Of a stretch of DNA of 64,000 nucleotides, positions 10,425 through 20,392 are shown piece after piece. A program made the position numbers and the translations under genes. Positions within the stretch are counted from its first letter, which is position 1. Every line of letters starts with the position of its first letter. The stretch comes from an uncultured Gammaproteobacteria bacterium (GTDB lineage Bacteria > Cyanobacteriota > Vampirovibrionia > JBFMGH01), in NCBI GenBank assembly GCA_964517135.1, contig CAZFBA010000004.1:68360-132359 (forward strand), read 5' to 3'. The notes below the pieces were generated by a model. That model was given only the letters and a program-made list of their open reading frames with translations, had not been told where the DNA came from and searched no databases.

Positions 10425-10715
10425 TACTGAATTCTATCAGCATATATTAATTATTTATGTGGAATGGTATAACTAAAATTATAAATTATGTTGTTTTCAA
10501 TTTATGCATAAACCTTTTAACAAAATAAATATTCAATTGTTCAGATAGGAGCTTAGTTTTGATGATAGAGGTGTTGTTTTGAGTTATAGTAAACGCATTT
10601 GAAATACATTTAAAAAAATCAAGCTCTTATTTATAAAAGACTTAACTTAAGAGGTATTAAATTATGTGTTCACTATATTCAAAGATCTTTTATTTAAAAA
10701 ACGAGGTAAAAGAGC

Positions 10716-11690
10716 CTAACCATCTGTATTAATCTGTTCAATAAGCTCTTTAAGTATTTCTTCAGCTTTGTCGTTATCAACCTGGCATGTTCCGGCATTT
10801 TTATGACCACCACCGCCATATTTCAGCATCAGTTCGCCAATATTAGTATTTGATGATCTATTAACAATTGATTTGCCAGTAGCAAAGACAGTATTCTGTT
10901 TCTTAAGCCCCCAGATAACGTGAATAGAGATATTACAGTCAGGATAAAGAGCATATATCATAAAGCGGTTGCCTGGCCAGATAGGATCTTCTTCTCTTAA
11001 ATCAAGAACAATAAGATTTTTATGTATAGTAGAACATCTTCTTAGCTGTTCTTTAAATTTTTCCTGATGTTCCATATATAGATCAACTCTATCTTTTACA
11101 TCAGACACTTCCATAATTTCTTCAATGGTATGATTTTTACAGTAATCAATCAGGTGCATCATCAGTTGATAATTAGAGATACGGAAATTTCTGAAACGCC
11201 CGAGTCCTGTTCTGGGATCCATAATATAGTTAAGAAGCACCCATCCTGACGGGTTAAGTATTTCATCTACTGTAAATTGTGCTGCATCAGCTTTATCAAC
11301 AGCTTCCATCATATCGTTCCATTCAAGCGGAAAAGTTTTACCTCCTCCATAGTAGTTATATACTACTCTAGCTGCTGACATTGCTTCTGGTTCTATTATA
11401 TGATTGGGTTTTTGGCCTTGTAATCTTGTTATCTCACTCAAATGATGGTCAAAAGCCAGATGAACTCCTTCAACATAGGGCAGGTTTGTAGTTATATCGC
11501 TATCAGTAATTTCAATAATACCATCTTGCATGTCTTTAGGATGAACAAATTTGATATCATCAATTAAATCTATGTGTTTCAATAATACAGCAGCTACAAG
11601 CCCGTCAAAATCACTTCTGGTTACCAGCCTGTATTTTTTCTTTTCCTTCACTTCAGGTTCTTTGTTATTTAATTCGATCATATCATTCAC
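10716..11690 (-). CDS. DHH-family phosphoesterase (exopolyphosphatase-related / nanoRNase-like)
   Basis: RLVTRSDFDGL, TNLPY, FDHH, GGGGH motifs. Confidence 0.88.
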   Translation of the reverse strand: MNDMIELNNKEPEVKEKKKYRLVTRSDFDGLVAAVLLKHIDLIDDIKFVHPKDMQDGIIEITDSDITTNLPYVEGVHLAFDHHLSEITRLQGQKPNHIIEPEAMSAARVVYNYYGGGKTFPLEWNDMMEAVDKADAAQFTVDEILNPSGWVLLNYIMDPRTGLGRFRNFRISNYQLMMHLIDYCKNHTIEEIMEVSDVKDRVDLYMEHQEKFKEQLRRCSTIHKNLIVLDLREEDPIWPGNRFMIYALYPDCNISIHVIWGLKKQNTVFATGKSIVNRSSNTNIGELMLKYGGGGHKNAGTCQVDNDKAEEILKELIEQINTDG

Positions 11691-11893
11691 CTGTCAATCA
11701 TCTTGTTACTGTCTCATGCCAAAAATGAATATTAATCTCTGTTATCATTAATTTTATTTTACCTGATAAAAAAGATTAATCAAAAAAAACTTCTATAAAA
11801 ATTAAAGGGGAAATGGTAAATTTTTACTAATTTAACCAGTATAATTTTATCTTAAATTATTAATAAACTAATACTTAACTTATCGTGTTTATT

Positions 11894-12763
11894 TTAGCTG
11901 TATTTTTTCCTTATTTGCCTTGCCTCTTCTATTTTTCCGAGGCCCTTAAGGGCAATAGACATGTTTTGCCAGAGCTCTTTATATTCCGGGTTTGTCTGTA
12001 AACCCTTTTCACAGCAATCATAGGCTGCTCTGAATTTACCCTGACGGTTAAGAGAGTTGGCTTTATTGTTCCATACAAGTGTGTTTGTAGGTTCCAGCTC
12101 TAACACTTTGTTATAGCAATCTATTTCACTTTCATACTCGCCCTTATTACCCAGTATATAACCCTTTGCGGAGATAGCTTTTGTAAATTCCGGTTTAAGG
12201 TCAATAGCAGTATCAAAGCAGGTGAGTGCTTCCTGATATTTGCCAAGATGGTTCAAAGCAATGCCTTTTTCATACCATACCTGACTGTTATGATAGTCCT
12301 GTGAAAGGTATTGGTCTGCTGTTTCAGAGGCATCAGCATAATTCTTTAATGTCATCAATGTATAAACCTTATGCATTAAGGCCACACTAAATTCAGGATC
12401 ACTATCAATAGCTTTTTCAAGACATTGAAGAGCTTTTAAAGGTTGATTCGTTAGTCTGTATGAGTATGCTTTATTAAACCAGGCTTCTTTAAACGCAGGA
12501 TCAAGTGTAGTTGCTACATCAAAACACTGATGACCTTCTTCAAACTGCCCGAGTTGTGTAAGCAGGGTTCCTTTGTTAAACCAGGGTAGAGTAAATTCCG
12601 GTTCAAGATCAATAGCAGCATTATAAGCCTGAAGAGCTTTAACATGTTTGCCTTCTGATGCAAGCAACAGGCCCATTTCGTTATAATACTCTTTGCTGTC
12701 TTCTTTTATTTCAAATTTTTTCTTATTTTGAATATCGTTTGCCATAGATTCTGCTGAATTCAT
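11894..12763 (-). CDS. Tetratricopeptide repeat protein
   Basis: Repeated W(F/Y)NKG..L...G...EA..C(F/Y)..A....P units. Confidence 0.92.
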   Translation of the reverse strand: MNSAESMANDIQNKKKFEIKEDSKEYYNEMGLLLASEGKHVKALQAYNAAIDLEPEFTLPWFNKGTLLTQLGQFEEGHQCFDVATTLDPAFKEAWFNKAYSYRLTNQPLKALQCLEKAIDSDPEFSVALMHKVYTLMTLKNYADASETADQYLSQDYHNSQVWYEKGIALNHLGKYQEALTCFDTAIDLKPEFTKAISAKGYILGNKGEYESEIDCYNKVLELEPTNTLVWNNKANSLNRQGKFRAAYDCCEKGLQTNPEYKELWQNMSIALKGLGKIEEARQIRKKYS

Positions 12764-12908
12764 AAAAATACCCTTTCTTGAACTTGTTCAATAAGACTAA
12801 TTTTACTGTATATGGCATAACAGGCAAGAAAGTTAAGAAGGATCAAGCATCAACAAGTGAATGATTAAATTGTTTGTTGAATAACCGCCAGGCAAAAGAC
12901 TCTGCCAG

Positions 12909-12937
12909 AAAAAAGGCCGTCAGAATTACTGACAGCC
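12909..12937 (-). terminator. Intrinsic terminator closing the radical SAM / reductase operon
   Basis: Minus strand GGCTGTCAG-taatt-CTGACGGCC followed by a T run. Confidence 0.75.
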
Positions 12938-12965
12938 AATAAGAAACATATAATAAGGTACGTAT

Positions 12966-14135
12966 TTATTTTGCTCCAACGAGCTCGGGAACTTTTTCGT
13001 CTGGTTCTGCTTTTAAATTGCTGGCCTGCTTTGCTTCACTCAGCTTGAGAGAGTTCTTTCTTCTCTTAAGAAGATCAACAAAAGCCTCAAGGCGGGTTAT
13101 AAAGCCTGCTTTGCCCATTTGCTCATCGAGAACGAGTGATAAATAAGGTATATCTTCGACATTCCTGACATTAGGAAGAATGTTTTGAGAGACTATTTCA
13201 GGCATACAGGTAAATGGCAACAGGTGAACAACCCCATCAGTCTTGTTAGCACCAGCCCTTGCAGTATCACCAACAGACTCTATTGCATCTCCACCTACAT
13301 CTCTAGAAAGATAGTTTTTGGCATACCTTGTGGCAATTTCTTCATGGGTTTCATCTTTTCTTAGCCACCTTGGCATCAGGAAAGTTTTAGTCCAGTCGCT
13401 CAGGTTCAAACGCCTGTGAACGTGAACACCCAGTTTACCGAGTTCTTTTTCAATATCCATATTTGAAAAAGGATCCAGAACAACAAATATTTCACCTGTC
13501 AGATCAACATTTAAGACCTCTCTATCAGCATCAACAGGAGTGCTTTTAAGCTCCTCAAGCCCATACTGAAGTGCCTTTTTAGTATCTTTAGGGGTCATAG
13601 CAGCGTCAATAGCTTTAAGACCTTTTTTATATTTAGTATCAGCTATGCCTGGCTTAATTTCTCTTGCCCTATAGTAAGCCAGTGAGTGGTCAAGCTGGTC
13701 AACAACATCTATTTTGACCAGCGCAAGATTAACAGCAGCCATCATATCCAAATAGTTCTTATTGCCAGTTGCCTCACCAAACTTTGTAGCAAGCTCAATG
13801 AGTTTTCCTTTATACAGATCAAAGTTGATAAATTTTACATCACCATAGCCAAGATCCTTTAATGCTCCACGACAAGAGCGAGAATATTGTCCTAATCTGC
13901 ATATACCCGGGCTATCCAGCATTAACAAGGCTTCAGCACCCAGTTCAATGGCTTCAATATAATTTCCAAGCACCAGTTTATATGGCAGGCAAACCGCCTC
14001 CGGGCTGTGTCTTGTGCCCAGCGAAAGAGTTTTTTTGCTGTTATAAGGGGCAATGATAACCTCTCCACCGAGTCTTCTAATAGCACCTGCAAGGGCTATT
14101 GACAGGGTACCCATATGCGGAAAAGAAATCTTCAT
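12966..14135 (-). CDS. 2-hydroxyacyl-CoA dehydratase / 'CoA protein activase'-related subunit (PlsR-like), paralog 2
   Basis: SFPHMG, CLPYK, CRLGQY, GEIFVVLDPF, PFTCMPE, DEQMGKAGFITRLEAFVD. Confidence 0.82.
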   Translation of the reverse strand: MKISFPHMGTLSIALAGAIRRLGGEVIIAPYNSKKTLSLGTRHSPEAVCLPYKLVLGNYIEAIELGAEALLMLDSPGICRLGQYSRSCRGALKDLGYGDVKFINFDLYKGKLIELATKFGEATGNKNYLDMMAAVNLALVKIDVVDQLDHSLAYYRAREIKPGIADTKYKKGLKAIDAAMTPKDTKKALQYGLEELKSTPVDADREVLNVDLTGEIFVVLDPFSNMDIEKELGKLGVHVHRRLNLSDWTKTFLMPRWLRKDETHEEIATRYAKNYLSRDVGGDAIESVGDTARAGANKTDGVVHLLPFTCMPEIVSQNILPNVRNVEDIPYLSLVLDEQMGKAGFITRLEAFVDLLKRRKNSLKLSEAKQASNLKAEPDEKVPELVGAK

Positions 14136-14142
14136 AAGTATT

Positions 14143-15213
14143 TTATCCTATACTAACTTTTTCTATATGTTGTAATTCAAGGTTGCTATCTGCATTAGAG
14201 GATGAAGAAACTTGTTTATTAAGTGTTGTAATAATGCTTTTACGTTTTCTTCTAAGCAGCATGTCTGTAAAAGCTTCCAGTCTAGTTATAAAGCCAGCTT
14301 CACCAGTATGTTCATCAATTGTCAGGTTTAAAACAGGCTTTTTAGCTCTTTTTGCCTTTCTGGTAATTCGCTCAATCATAAGTGAATCAGGGCCGCAGCC
14401 AAAGGCAGTCATAGTAATAATGCCGTCAATATTATCATCATACATATAGTGTCCGGCAACACCTGTAACTTCAGTCTCATTAGCCCAGTATAAAACAGCC
14501 CCAAGTTTTTCGATACCTGCAAATTGATCTTCACGTTTAACTGAATCAGGCACTATAGCATTTGCACCAAGGGCATTAAGTTTCTTAACCAGCCTCATAC
14601 TAAAGTAATTATCATAAATGTTATATGCATGAGAGCATATAACAACATTAATTGGTTTATCAGAAGGCAGTGCACCCGCATCAGGTTTATTACCTGTGGC
14701 AACTGCCAGTGCTGTTTCATAGTAATAACCGGCCTGCATCAGATCCATAAATTTATTATGGCATGCCCAGCCAGCTTTTGAAGCAGCTTTGATTTGTTTT
14801 TTATTTGTAATACCAAGAGGTTTTACTGAATCATAAAGATATTCATGTAACCCCTGGTGCTTTTCAGATTTATCAAGTGTTGGTTCTACTAGCAAGAAGT
14901 CTTTTCTGACAACATTTCTTACTAAATCAGGCAGCCCTCTTAATTTAGAGCAGTTATATATCTTGAAAGCCACAGATTGAATGCTTGGAGAATAAATAGC
15001 ATCAACGTTTTTATCTACCAGATCCAGAACGTGACCAATATATATCTTAACAGGCAGGCAGGTTTCAGGTACTACAAGTGCACTGCCCCTGCTAACCATC
15101 TTTTTATTTGTTTTTCCGGATAGAATCACCTCAATACCCAGGTCATTAAAGAATCCGTACCAGAAAGGGTAGTAAAGATAATACCCCAGAGAACGTGGAA
15201 TACCTATGTGCAT
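14143..15213 (-). CDS. Acyl-CoA dehydratase activase-related protein (DUF2229-like; PlsA reductase-domain-like)
   Basis: IGIPRSLGYYLYYPFW..FF..LG, CLPVK, CSKLRGLPD, FGCGPDS, DEHTGEAGFITRLEAF. Confidence 0.85.
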   Translation of the reverse strand: MHIGIPRSLGYYLYYPFWYGFFNDLGIEVILSGKTNKKMVSRGSALVVPETCLPVKIYIGHVLDLVDKNVDAIYSPSIQSVAFKIYNCSKLRGLPDLVRNVVRKDFLLVEPTLDKSEKHQGLHEYLYDSVKPLGITNKKQIKAASKAGWACHNKFMDLMQAGYYYETALAVATGNKPDAGALPSDKPINVVICSHAYNIYDNYFSMRLVKKLNALGANAIVPDSVKREDQFAGIEKLGAVLYWANETEVTGVAGHYMYDDNIDGIITMTAFGCGPDSLMIERITRKAKRAKKPVLNLTIDEHTGEAGFITRLEAFTDMLLRRKRKSIITTLNKQVSSSSNADSNLELQHIEKVSIG

Positions 15214-16349
15214 AGAGCAAGCTCCTTTTGGGTGGGTTTATAGTACTTATTACGTCTTCTTCTAATAAGATCGACAAAGGCTTCCAGACGTGTAATAAGG
15301 CCAGCCTTACCGGTATACTCATCCATTACGAGGCTAAGAACGGGTATATCCTCATTTTTACTTACATGTGGCAAAATAGATTGAGAAACTATTTCAGGGG
15401 TACAGTTAAATGGCCCTAGATGAACAACACCATCGATGCGCTTTTTGGAAGCGTATACAGCATCACCAATGCTTTCAATGCAGTCACCGCCAATGGCTCT
15501 ATTCATATAGTTTGCAGCATACATTGTTGATCTGTCTCTATGAGACATTTTTCTATAGAGAAATCTTGGCAGCAAAGCATTATTGGTCCAGTCGCTAAGC
15601 ATAACCTGTCTGTCTACTTCACAGCCAAGGTAGCCAAGCTCTTTTTCTATTTCCATATTGGTAAATGGATCCAGCAGAACAAAGAATTCTCCTGTCAGAT
15701 GAACCTGTAAAATATCTCTATCAGGGTCAATCAGCACTTTATCCATTCTGTTAAGAGTTTTTTGAACAGTTTCTCTAATCATGCTGACGCTATTAGCCCT
15801 ATCAATAAGCCTGCGCCCCCTGTTATAGAGTCTTTCGGCTTCTCCTCGTTTGATTTCTCTGGGCCTGATTTGAAAAAGTTTTCTCTCTATAATATCCAGT
15901 GCATCAAACTTGGCAAAGCCAAGACGGGTTGCTCTTACCAGGTCAACAATATTACAACCACCGCTTGCTTCTGCAAACTTAGTTGTAACTTCTTTTAACT
16001 TACCCTTATAGAGGTCAAAGATAATCATATCAAACTCATAACCAAGATCTCTTAGCTTTGCTTCAATGTTACCGGCGTAATTACCAAGGCGGCAGGTACC
16101 GGGAGCCTGAAACATAATTATCGTGTTTGCGCCACGTTCAAGGGCTTGTATGAAGTTACCGAGAATGATTTTATATGGCAGGCAGACGGTTTCTACACTA
16201 TGTCTTGTGCCAAGAGTCAGTGTTTCTTTGTTGTTATAAGGAGGTAAGTGTATCTTAGCCCCCATATGCCTGAGCATACCTGCAACTGGAACTGCAAGAT
16301 TGCCCATCTGTGGGAATGTTACCAGTCGTTCTTGTTCTTTTTTAAGCAT
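15204..16349 (-). CDS. 2-hydroxyacyl-CoA dehydratase / 'CoA protein activase'-related subunit (PlsR-like), paralog 1
   Basis: FPQMG, CLPYK, CRLGNY, GEFFVLLDPF, PFNCTPE, AGLITRLEAFVD; clear paralog of 12966..14135. Confidence 0.82.
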   Translation of the reverse strand: MLKKEQERLVTFPQMGNLAVPVAGMLRHMGAKIHLPPYNNKETLTLGTRHSVETVCLPYKIILGNFIQALERGANTIIMFQAPGTCRLGNYAGNIEAKLRDLGYEFDMIIFDLYKGKLKEVTTKFAEASGGCNIVDLVRATRLGFAKFDALDIIERKLFQIRPREIKRGEAERLYNRGRRLIDRANSVSMIRETVQKTLNRMDKVLIDPDRDILQVHLTGEFFVLLDPFTNMEIEKELGYLGCEVDRQVMLSDWTNNALLPRFLYRKMSHRDRSTMYAANYMNRAIGGDCIESIGDAVYASKKRIDGVVHLGPFNCTPEIVSQSILPHVSKNEDIPVLSLVMDEYTGKAGLITRLEAFVDLIRRRRNKYYKPTQKELALCT

Positions 16350-16380
16350 AATATAGATAACTCCAAATTAAACGAGCAAT

Positions 16381-16587
16381 TTAGCTGCTGACTAACTCTA
16401 GATATGCTTTTGGGCCTCCAATAGAAGCTTTTTGAGGACAAACCCTTTCGCAGGTCTGACAGTCAACGCAGTCATTAGCATTAATCTGGTATTTATTATC
16501 TTCTGTTTTATATATAGCGTCTGTCGGGCAGAGCGGAGCACATGTTCCGCAGGCTGTGCAGAGTTCTTGATTAATTTGATGCGGCAT
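16381..16587 (-). CDS. 2[4Fe-4S] ferredoxin
   Basis: Two CxxCxxCxxxCP motifs; SD AGGAG. Confidence 0.92.
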   Translation of the reverse strand: MPHQINQELCTACGTCAPLCPTDAIYKTEDNKYQINANDCVDCQTCERVCPQKASIGGPKAYLELVSS

Positions 16588-16601
16588 TTTCTACTCCTTT
16601 A

Positions 16602-18236
16602 CTAAACTTTAGAAAGTTCCATTTCTTCAATATCTTCAGTAGATTCAACATCACCTTCATCCACCGGGTCAGCAGAAAGTTTTTCAAGTGCTGTCAGATC
16701 TTTGCCACACTGGCAGCCGCCTTCTAGCTCTTCACATCCACCGTGTTTGTCGCCGTGTGGTTTTTTAGTACTACAGAGTACGACACGGTCGTGATACCAT
16801 TCTCCTGGCAGCGGGAACAGTGTCATAAAGTAGTCTTTAACCCAGTTTTCATCCATAATTTTAGCAACATCATGTGAATATTTGTCGATAGCTTCAGTTA
16901 ATTCAGGTTTTACGAGGTAATCATCAGCGCCTGGATGGGTTGGATATGGTTTAAATTTCTTATAATATCCTCTCAATACCCATGGACGATCAACGATCAT
17001 ACAGGGTCTCATCATATTGCCATCATACGGTGCCCCTTTTCTGATTGCCTGGAAGAATGGGGACTTCAGGGCATCTGTAATAGTGCAATCTTTGATGTTG
17101 TGTGTAGCAAGGTGAACAAATGTACATGGTTCTACGTCACCTGCCGCATTAATATGAATATATTGTCTACCGCCAGCTATACATCCCATCATTTCAGGGC
17201 CATCACCCCAGAAATCAACGGTCATCATTGGCAGTGTATTTCTTGCGTTATAAACGTTCTGTTTAATATATTCTCTCTGTTTTGCATCAGGTATAAGTTC
17301 AGGGTTAGGGCTATTACCCACCGGAACATAGTGAAAAACCCATGTCCAGAGGGAACCTTTATCTGATAGCCATTTCATAAACTTGTCGCTGACAACTTCT
17401 TCAGAGTTCTGTCTGGTAGCTGTAAGAGATGCACCCCAGAATATGCCGGCTTTTGTGAGTTTATCCATTTTTTCTGAAAGCATTTTGAAGCAACCTTCAC
17501 CTCTGATGGCGTCTGTAGATTTTTCCCAGCCAGCCAGACTTAGCATTGGGGCGACATTTCCGAGTTGTCTGAGTTTTTCGATGTTTTTATCTGTTAAGAG
17601 TGAGCCGTTAGTAAAGACCAGAAAGATGCAGTCATCATATTTTTTGGCCAGTTCAAAGAATTCCATTCGGCAGAAAGGTTCACCGCCAACAATTGGCAGT
17701 ATGTGTATGCCGTGTTCATCTCTTGCTTCGCCTAATATTCTGTCCCATTCTTCGATGGGCAGGTCTCTGACTTTGCTCTGATCATATTCTGAAGCCCAGC
17801 AGCCAACGCAGTTAAAGTTGCATTTTTCTGTAATACTTGCCAGCAAGACTGTTGGCGGATAAAAACCGTGTTTATCAAAATATTGAGCTCTTTTCCTCAG
17901 GTTATCTCCATAATATCCGTGTAAGAAGAAATTTGCCAGAAATTTATTTCTGCAATTAGGGTCCAGTGTGTCGATAATCTTTTGCCACCAGTGCAGGTGT
18001 GCATGGTCTGTTTCAAAGAGCCATCTCATTCTGCGTGCGTGACGTACGCCTCCCTCTGAGTGGGCAATTTTTTCAAACATTTTTGTCAGCATGATCAGGT
18101 TTTTCTTGCTGGATGTTGAAACAAAGTTCAAAAACTGGTTTATAACAAAGTTCTGGCCTTTTGTTTTTAGAAAGTCAATGTATTTTGAGCCGGTTCTCTT
18201 TTTCCACATTTGTTCCTGGGGTAATACTCTAAGCAT
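16602..18236 (-). CDS. Radical SAM protein with SPASM/twitch-type C-terminal region
   Basis: CNFNCVGC motif, GGEPF, FTNG, GCIAGG..YIHIN..GDVEPC, RPC; extra Cys-rich acidic tail. Confidence 0.9.
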   Translation of the reverse strand: MLRVLPQEQMWKKRTGSKYIDFLKTKGQNFVINQFLNFVSTSSKKNLIMLTKMFEKIAHSEGGVRHARRMRWLFETDHAHLHWWQKIIDTLDPNCRNKFLANFFLHGYYGDNLRKRAQYFDKHGFYPPTVLLASITEKCNFNCVGCWASEYDQSKVRDLPIEEWDRILGEARDEHGIHILPIVGGEPFCRMEFFELAKKYDDCIFLVFTNGSLLTDKNIEKLRQLGNVAPMLSLAGWEKSTDAIRGEGCFKMLSEKMDKLTKAGIFWGASLTATRQNSEEVVSDKFMKWLSDKGSLWTWVFHYVPVGNSPNPELIPDAKQREYIKQNVYNARNTLPMMTVDFWGDGPEMMGCIAGGRQYIHINAAGDVEPCTFVHLATHNIKDCTITDALKSPFFQAIRKGAPYDGNMMRPCMIVDRPWVLRGYYKKFKPYPTHPGADDYLVKPELTEAIDKYSHDVAKIMDENWVKDYFMTLFPLPGEWYHDRVVLCSTKKPHGDKHGGCEELEGGCQCGKDLTALEKLSADPVDEGDVESTEDIEEMELSKV

Positions 18237-18759
18237 ATTTACTTCCCTTTATACTGTGTACATAACTAATAATATATTAAAGCTAAAAAACTTTATGCAA
18301 ATTCTTTATATATCTAATTCTTCCTCCGTACCTTATTGCTTTCTCTCGTTATTGTGGGTGATAATAGCTATTTTAATATCATTTTACTCAACAAATACTT
18401 ATACTATATGTTTCTGCATAATACCTTATTTAAAATTTATCGTACAACAAATTTTATGTTTTTTACATAAAAATATGTAAAAACCCTGTCTTATTTATAT
18501 TTATGTTAAGAAATTTAACCCAATATTAACCATGGCTACATGTTTACGGTTATGAAGATACAGAGATTCTGAAGACTTACAGGTTTAAGGTTCTTGAAAT
18601 ATTTTTGGTTAAAGCTGTTACATAAACACAATCTTGATATTCGTCGTAAAAGGTTAACTTTGCCTGATAGCCATAAATACCCGCAAAAAGAATAAATCTT
18701 TCATTATGTTGTATTGATCTTTAATAGATGAAATTACCCAGTAAATCTAAATGCATTGG

Positions 18760-19300
18760 CTCAAGATTTTTTCGTTATATATTGATTATAATAGGTGTAT
18801 AGCCTAATTAACAGTCATTCGTTTTTTCTGGTATTTCTATTACCTTGCAAAAGAGAGTTTTAGAGTTTTTAAGGTACTGAATAGTTTTAAAAAACTTGAC
18901 AGGTATTTTACTTAAGCAACAGAAAGTGTTTAATTTTTGCCTAATGGAATTTAAGGTTTTTTAAAATCTGCTATGTGCCTCTTAGAAGGTATTAACAGTT
19001 AATCAGAGAAGAAAGGATTCAAATAATCTCATATTTGCATTAACAAAATATCATCTAACACTGCGTTATCCGTAACTTAAAACTTAGGAAATTTAAGAGA
19101 GACTGGAATCACACCCCCTGCTTCCATCAACTCTCTTACATTGAAGCAATTCAGGCCAGGCTTAATGAGTATTTAGAATCCCAAATTTGCTCTTCTGGCC
19201 AAACTTAATAAAATATAGGTTTAAAAGAAAAAAGAAAGGAGAAAAATAACTCATCTAACAGCTAACACAGGTATTAACGGGTCGGTTAAAAAAGAGGAGA
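18760..19300 (+). promoter_or_regulatory. Promoter and long structured leader, copy A
   Basis: TATAAT at 18787-18792; sequence blocks shared with 20393-20920; hairpins at 19095-19137 and about 19154-19200. Confidence 0.6.
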
Positions 19301-19307
19301 GAGATCT

Positions 19308-20138
19308 ATGACAGCATTTAGTGCTCAAATGCACCAGCACCAATTGAATCTGATCAAGCAGATGGGTAAATATCAAAATAGTATCGCAGAATACAACTTT
19401 AATAAGTTAATCAGGTACTACAAAGATGCTATTAACTCAGCTCAAACGTCAGATGAAGCCAGAGGTATAGCTCAAGCGCTGGAAGGTGTTCTGGCCCAAA
19501 GAGGTCAGGGGCTCGCCGACGTTCAGGGACTTAATACTGATAAACTTACCGGCAATCAGGCAGGCCTCGAAGGGTTGGATCCTGGAAAGGCCGCAAAGCA
19601 AGCCCGTAAAGAACAGTATAAGCCAATGTTTAAAGATCTTGAAGCCGAGTTTAATGTCGCCAGCAATAAAGATGGTGACTGGGCTAAAGCCGCCAAAGAG
19701 AATGAAAATGTACGTATACTAGACAAAAATGGCCAGGATGTCACCCAGACCTTCAATGGTGACAAGTTAAAAGGCTATACGCTTGAGATTAATTCTCAAA
19801 AGTATGGCAAGGTTCAAATTCAGCCCGGCGGAGATGGCAATATTAACGGCGGCGACGACAAAATATTAATGGTTGGCGGTCAGGCCGCAGCCGGAAATAT
19901 GATGGCTGGCCTCCAGGGTATTAATAACCCCACTCAACAGGCTGGCTTATTAAACCCGCTTGCAGGCATTATGGGCCTTAACCCCACTGAACAGGCCGCA
20001 GCCGAAGCTAATCAATATGCTATGCAGCCAGGCATGTTCTCTGAAGCACAGATCAAAAGTCTCATTGCCGCAATCCTGAATCAATCACTTGCTTCTATTG
20101 AACAGAAAGAATATCTTCAACAGTTCAATGTTGCCTGA
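19308..20138 (+). CDS. Gln/Asn-rich hypothetical protein, paralog A
   Basis: SD GAGGAGAG; N- and C-termini nearly identical to 21788..22678; no signal peptide. Confidence 0.85.
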   Translation: MTAFSAQMHQHQLNLIKQMGKYQNSIAEYNFNKLIRYYKDAINSAQTSDEARGIAQALEGVLAQRGQGLADVQGLNTDKLTGNQAGLEGLDPGKAAKQARKEQYKPMFKDLEAEFNVASNKDGDWAKAAKENENVRILDKNGQDVTQTFNGDKLKGYTLEINSQKYGKVQIQPGGDGNINGGDDKILMVGGQAAAGNMMAGLQGINNPTQQAGLLNPLAGIMGLNPTEQAAAEANQYAMQPGMFSEAQIKSLIAAILNQSLASIEQKEYLQQFNVA

Positions 20139-20215
20139 TCGTAGCCTGCCCATAGCGTATATTTCCATATAAGCACTGTTAGAAATACTTCAGGCAACAA
20201 AAACAAGAAGGAACA

Positions 20216-20248
20216 GGGTTAAGGGCTTGCCTGTCAGGCCTTTAACCC
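20216..20248 (+). terminator. Hairpin, possible terminator or processing site
   Basis: GGGTTAAGGGCTT...AGGCCTTTAACCC stem; weak U-tract. Confidence 0.5.
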
Positions 20249-20392
20249 CTCCGGTTTAACAAAATTCTATGCTGTTGCTAAAAAACTGTTAACTTAACTG
20301 AAATCCAGTCACTGTAACTCTTTACTGATCTAGCTAAGTGATTTTACACAGATAAACTTGAGTGAACCTGTCTATCTGGTACCACCAAATAA

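Noticed and set aside
18091-18480. 129-aa hydrophobic plus-strand ORF
   Set aside because: Antisense to the radical SAM start and running through AT-rich promoter DNA; the hydrophobicity reflects T-richness
18857-18871. GTTTTAGAG resembling a type II CRISPR repeat start
   Set aside because: No regularly spaced repeat-spacer array and no cas genes; it is part of the duplicated leader
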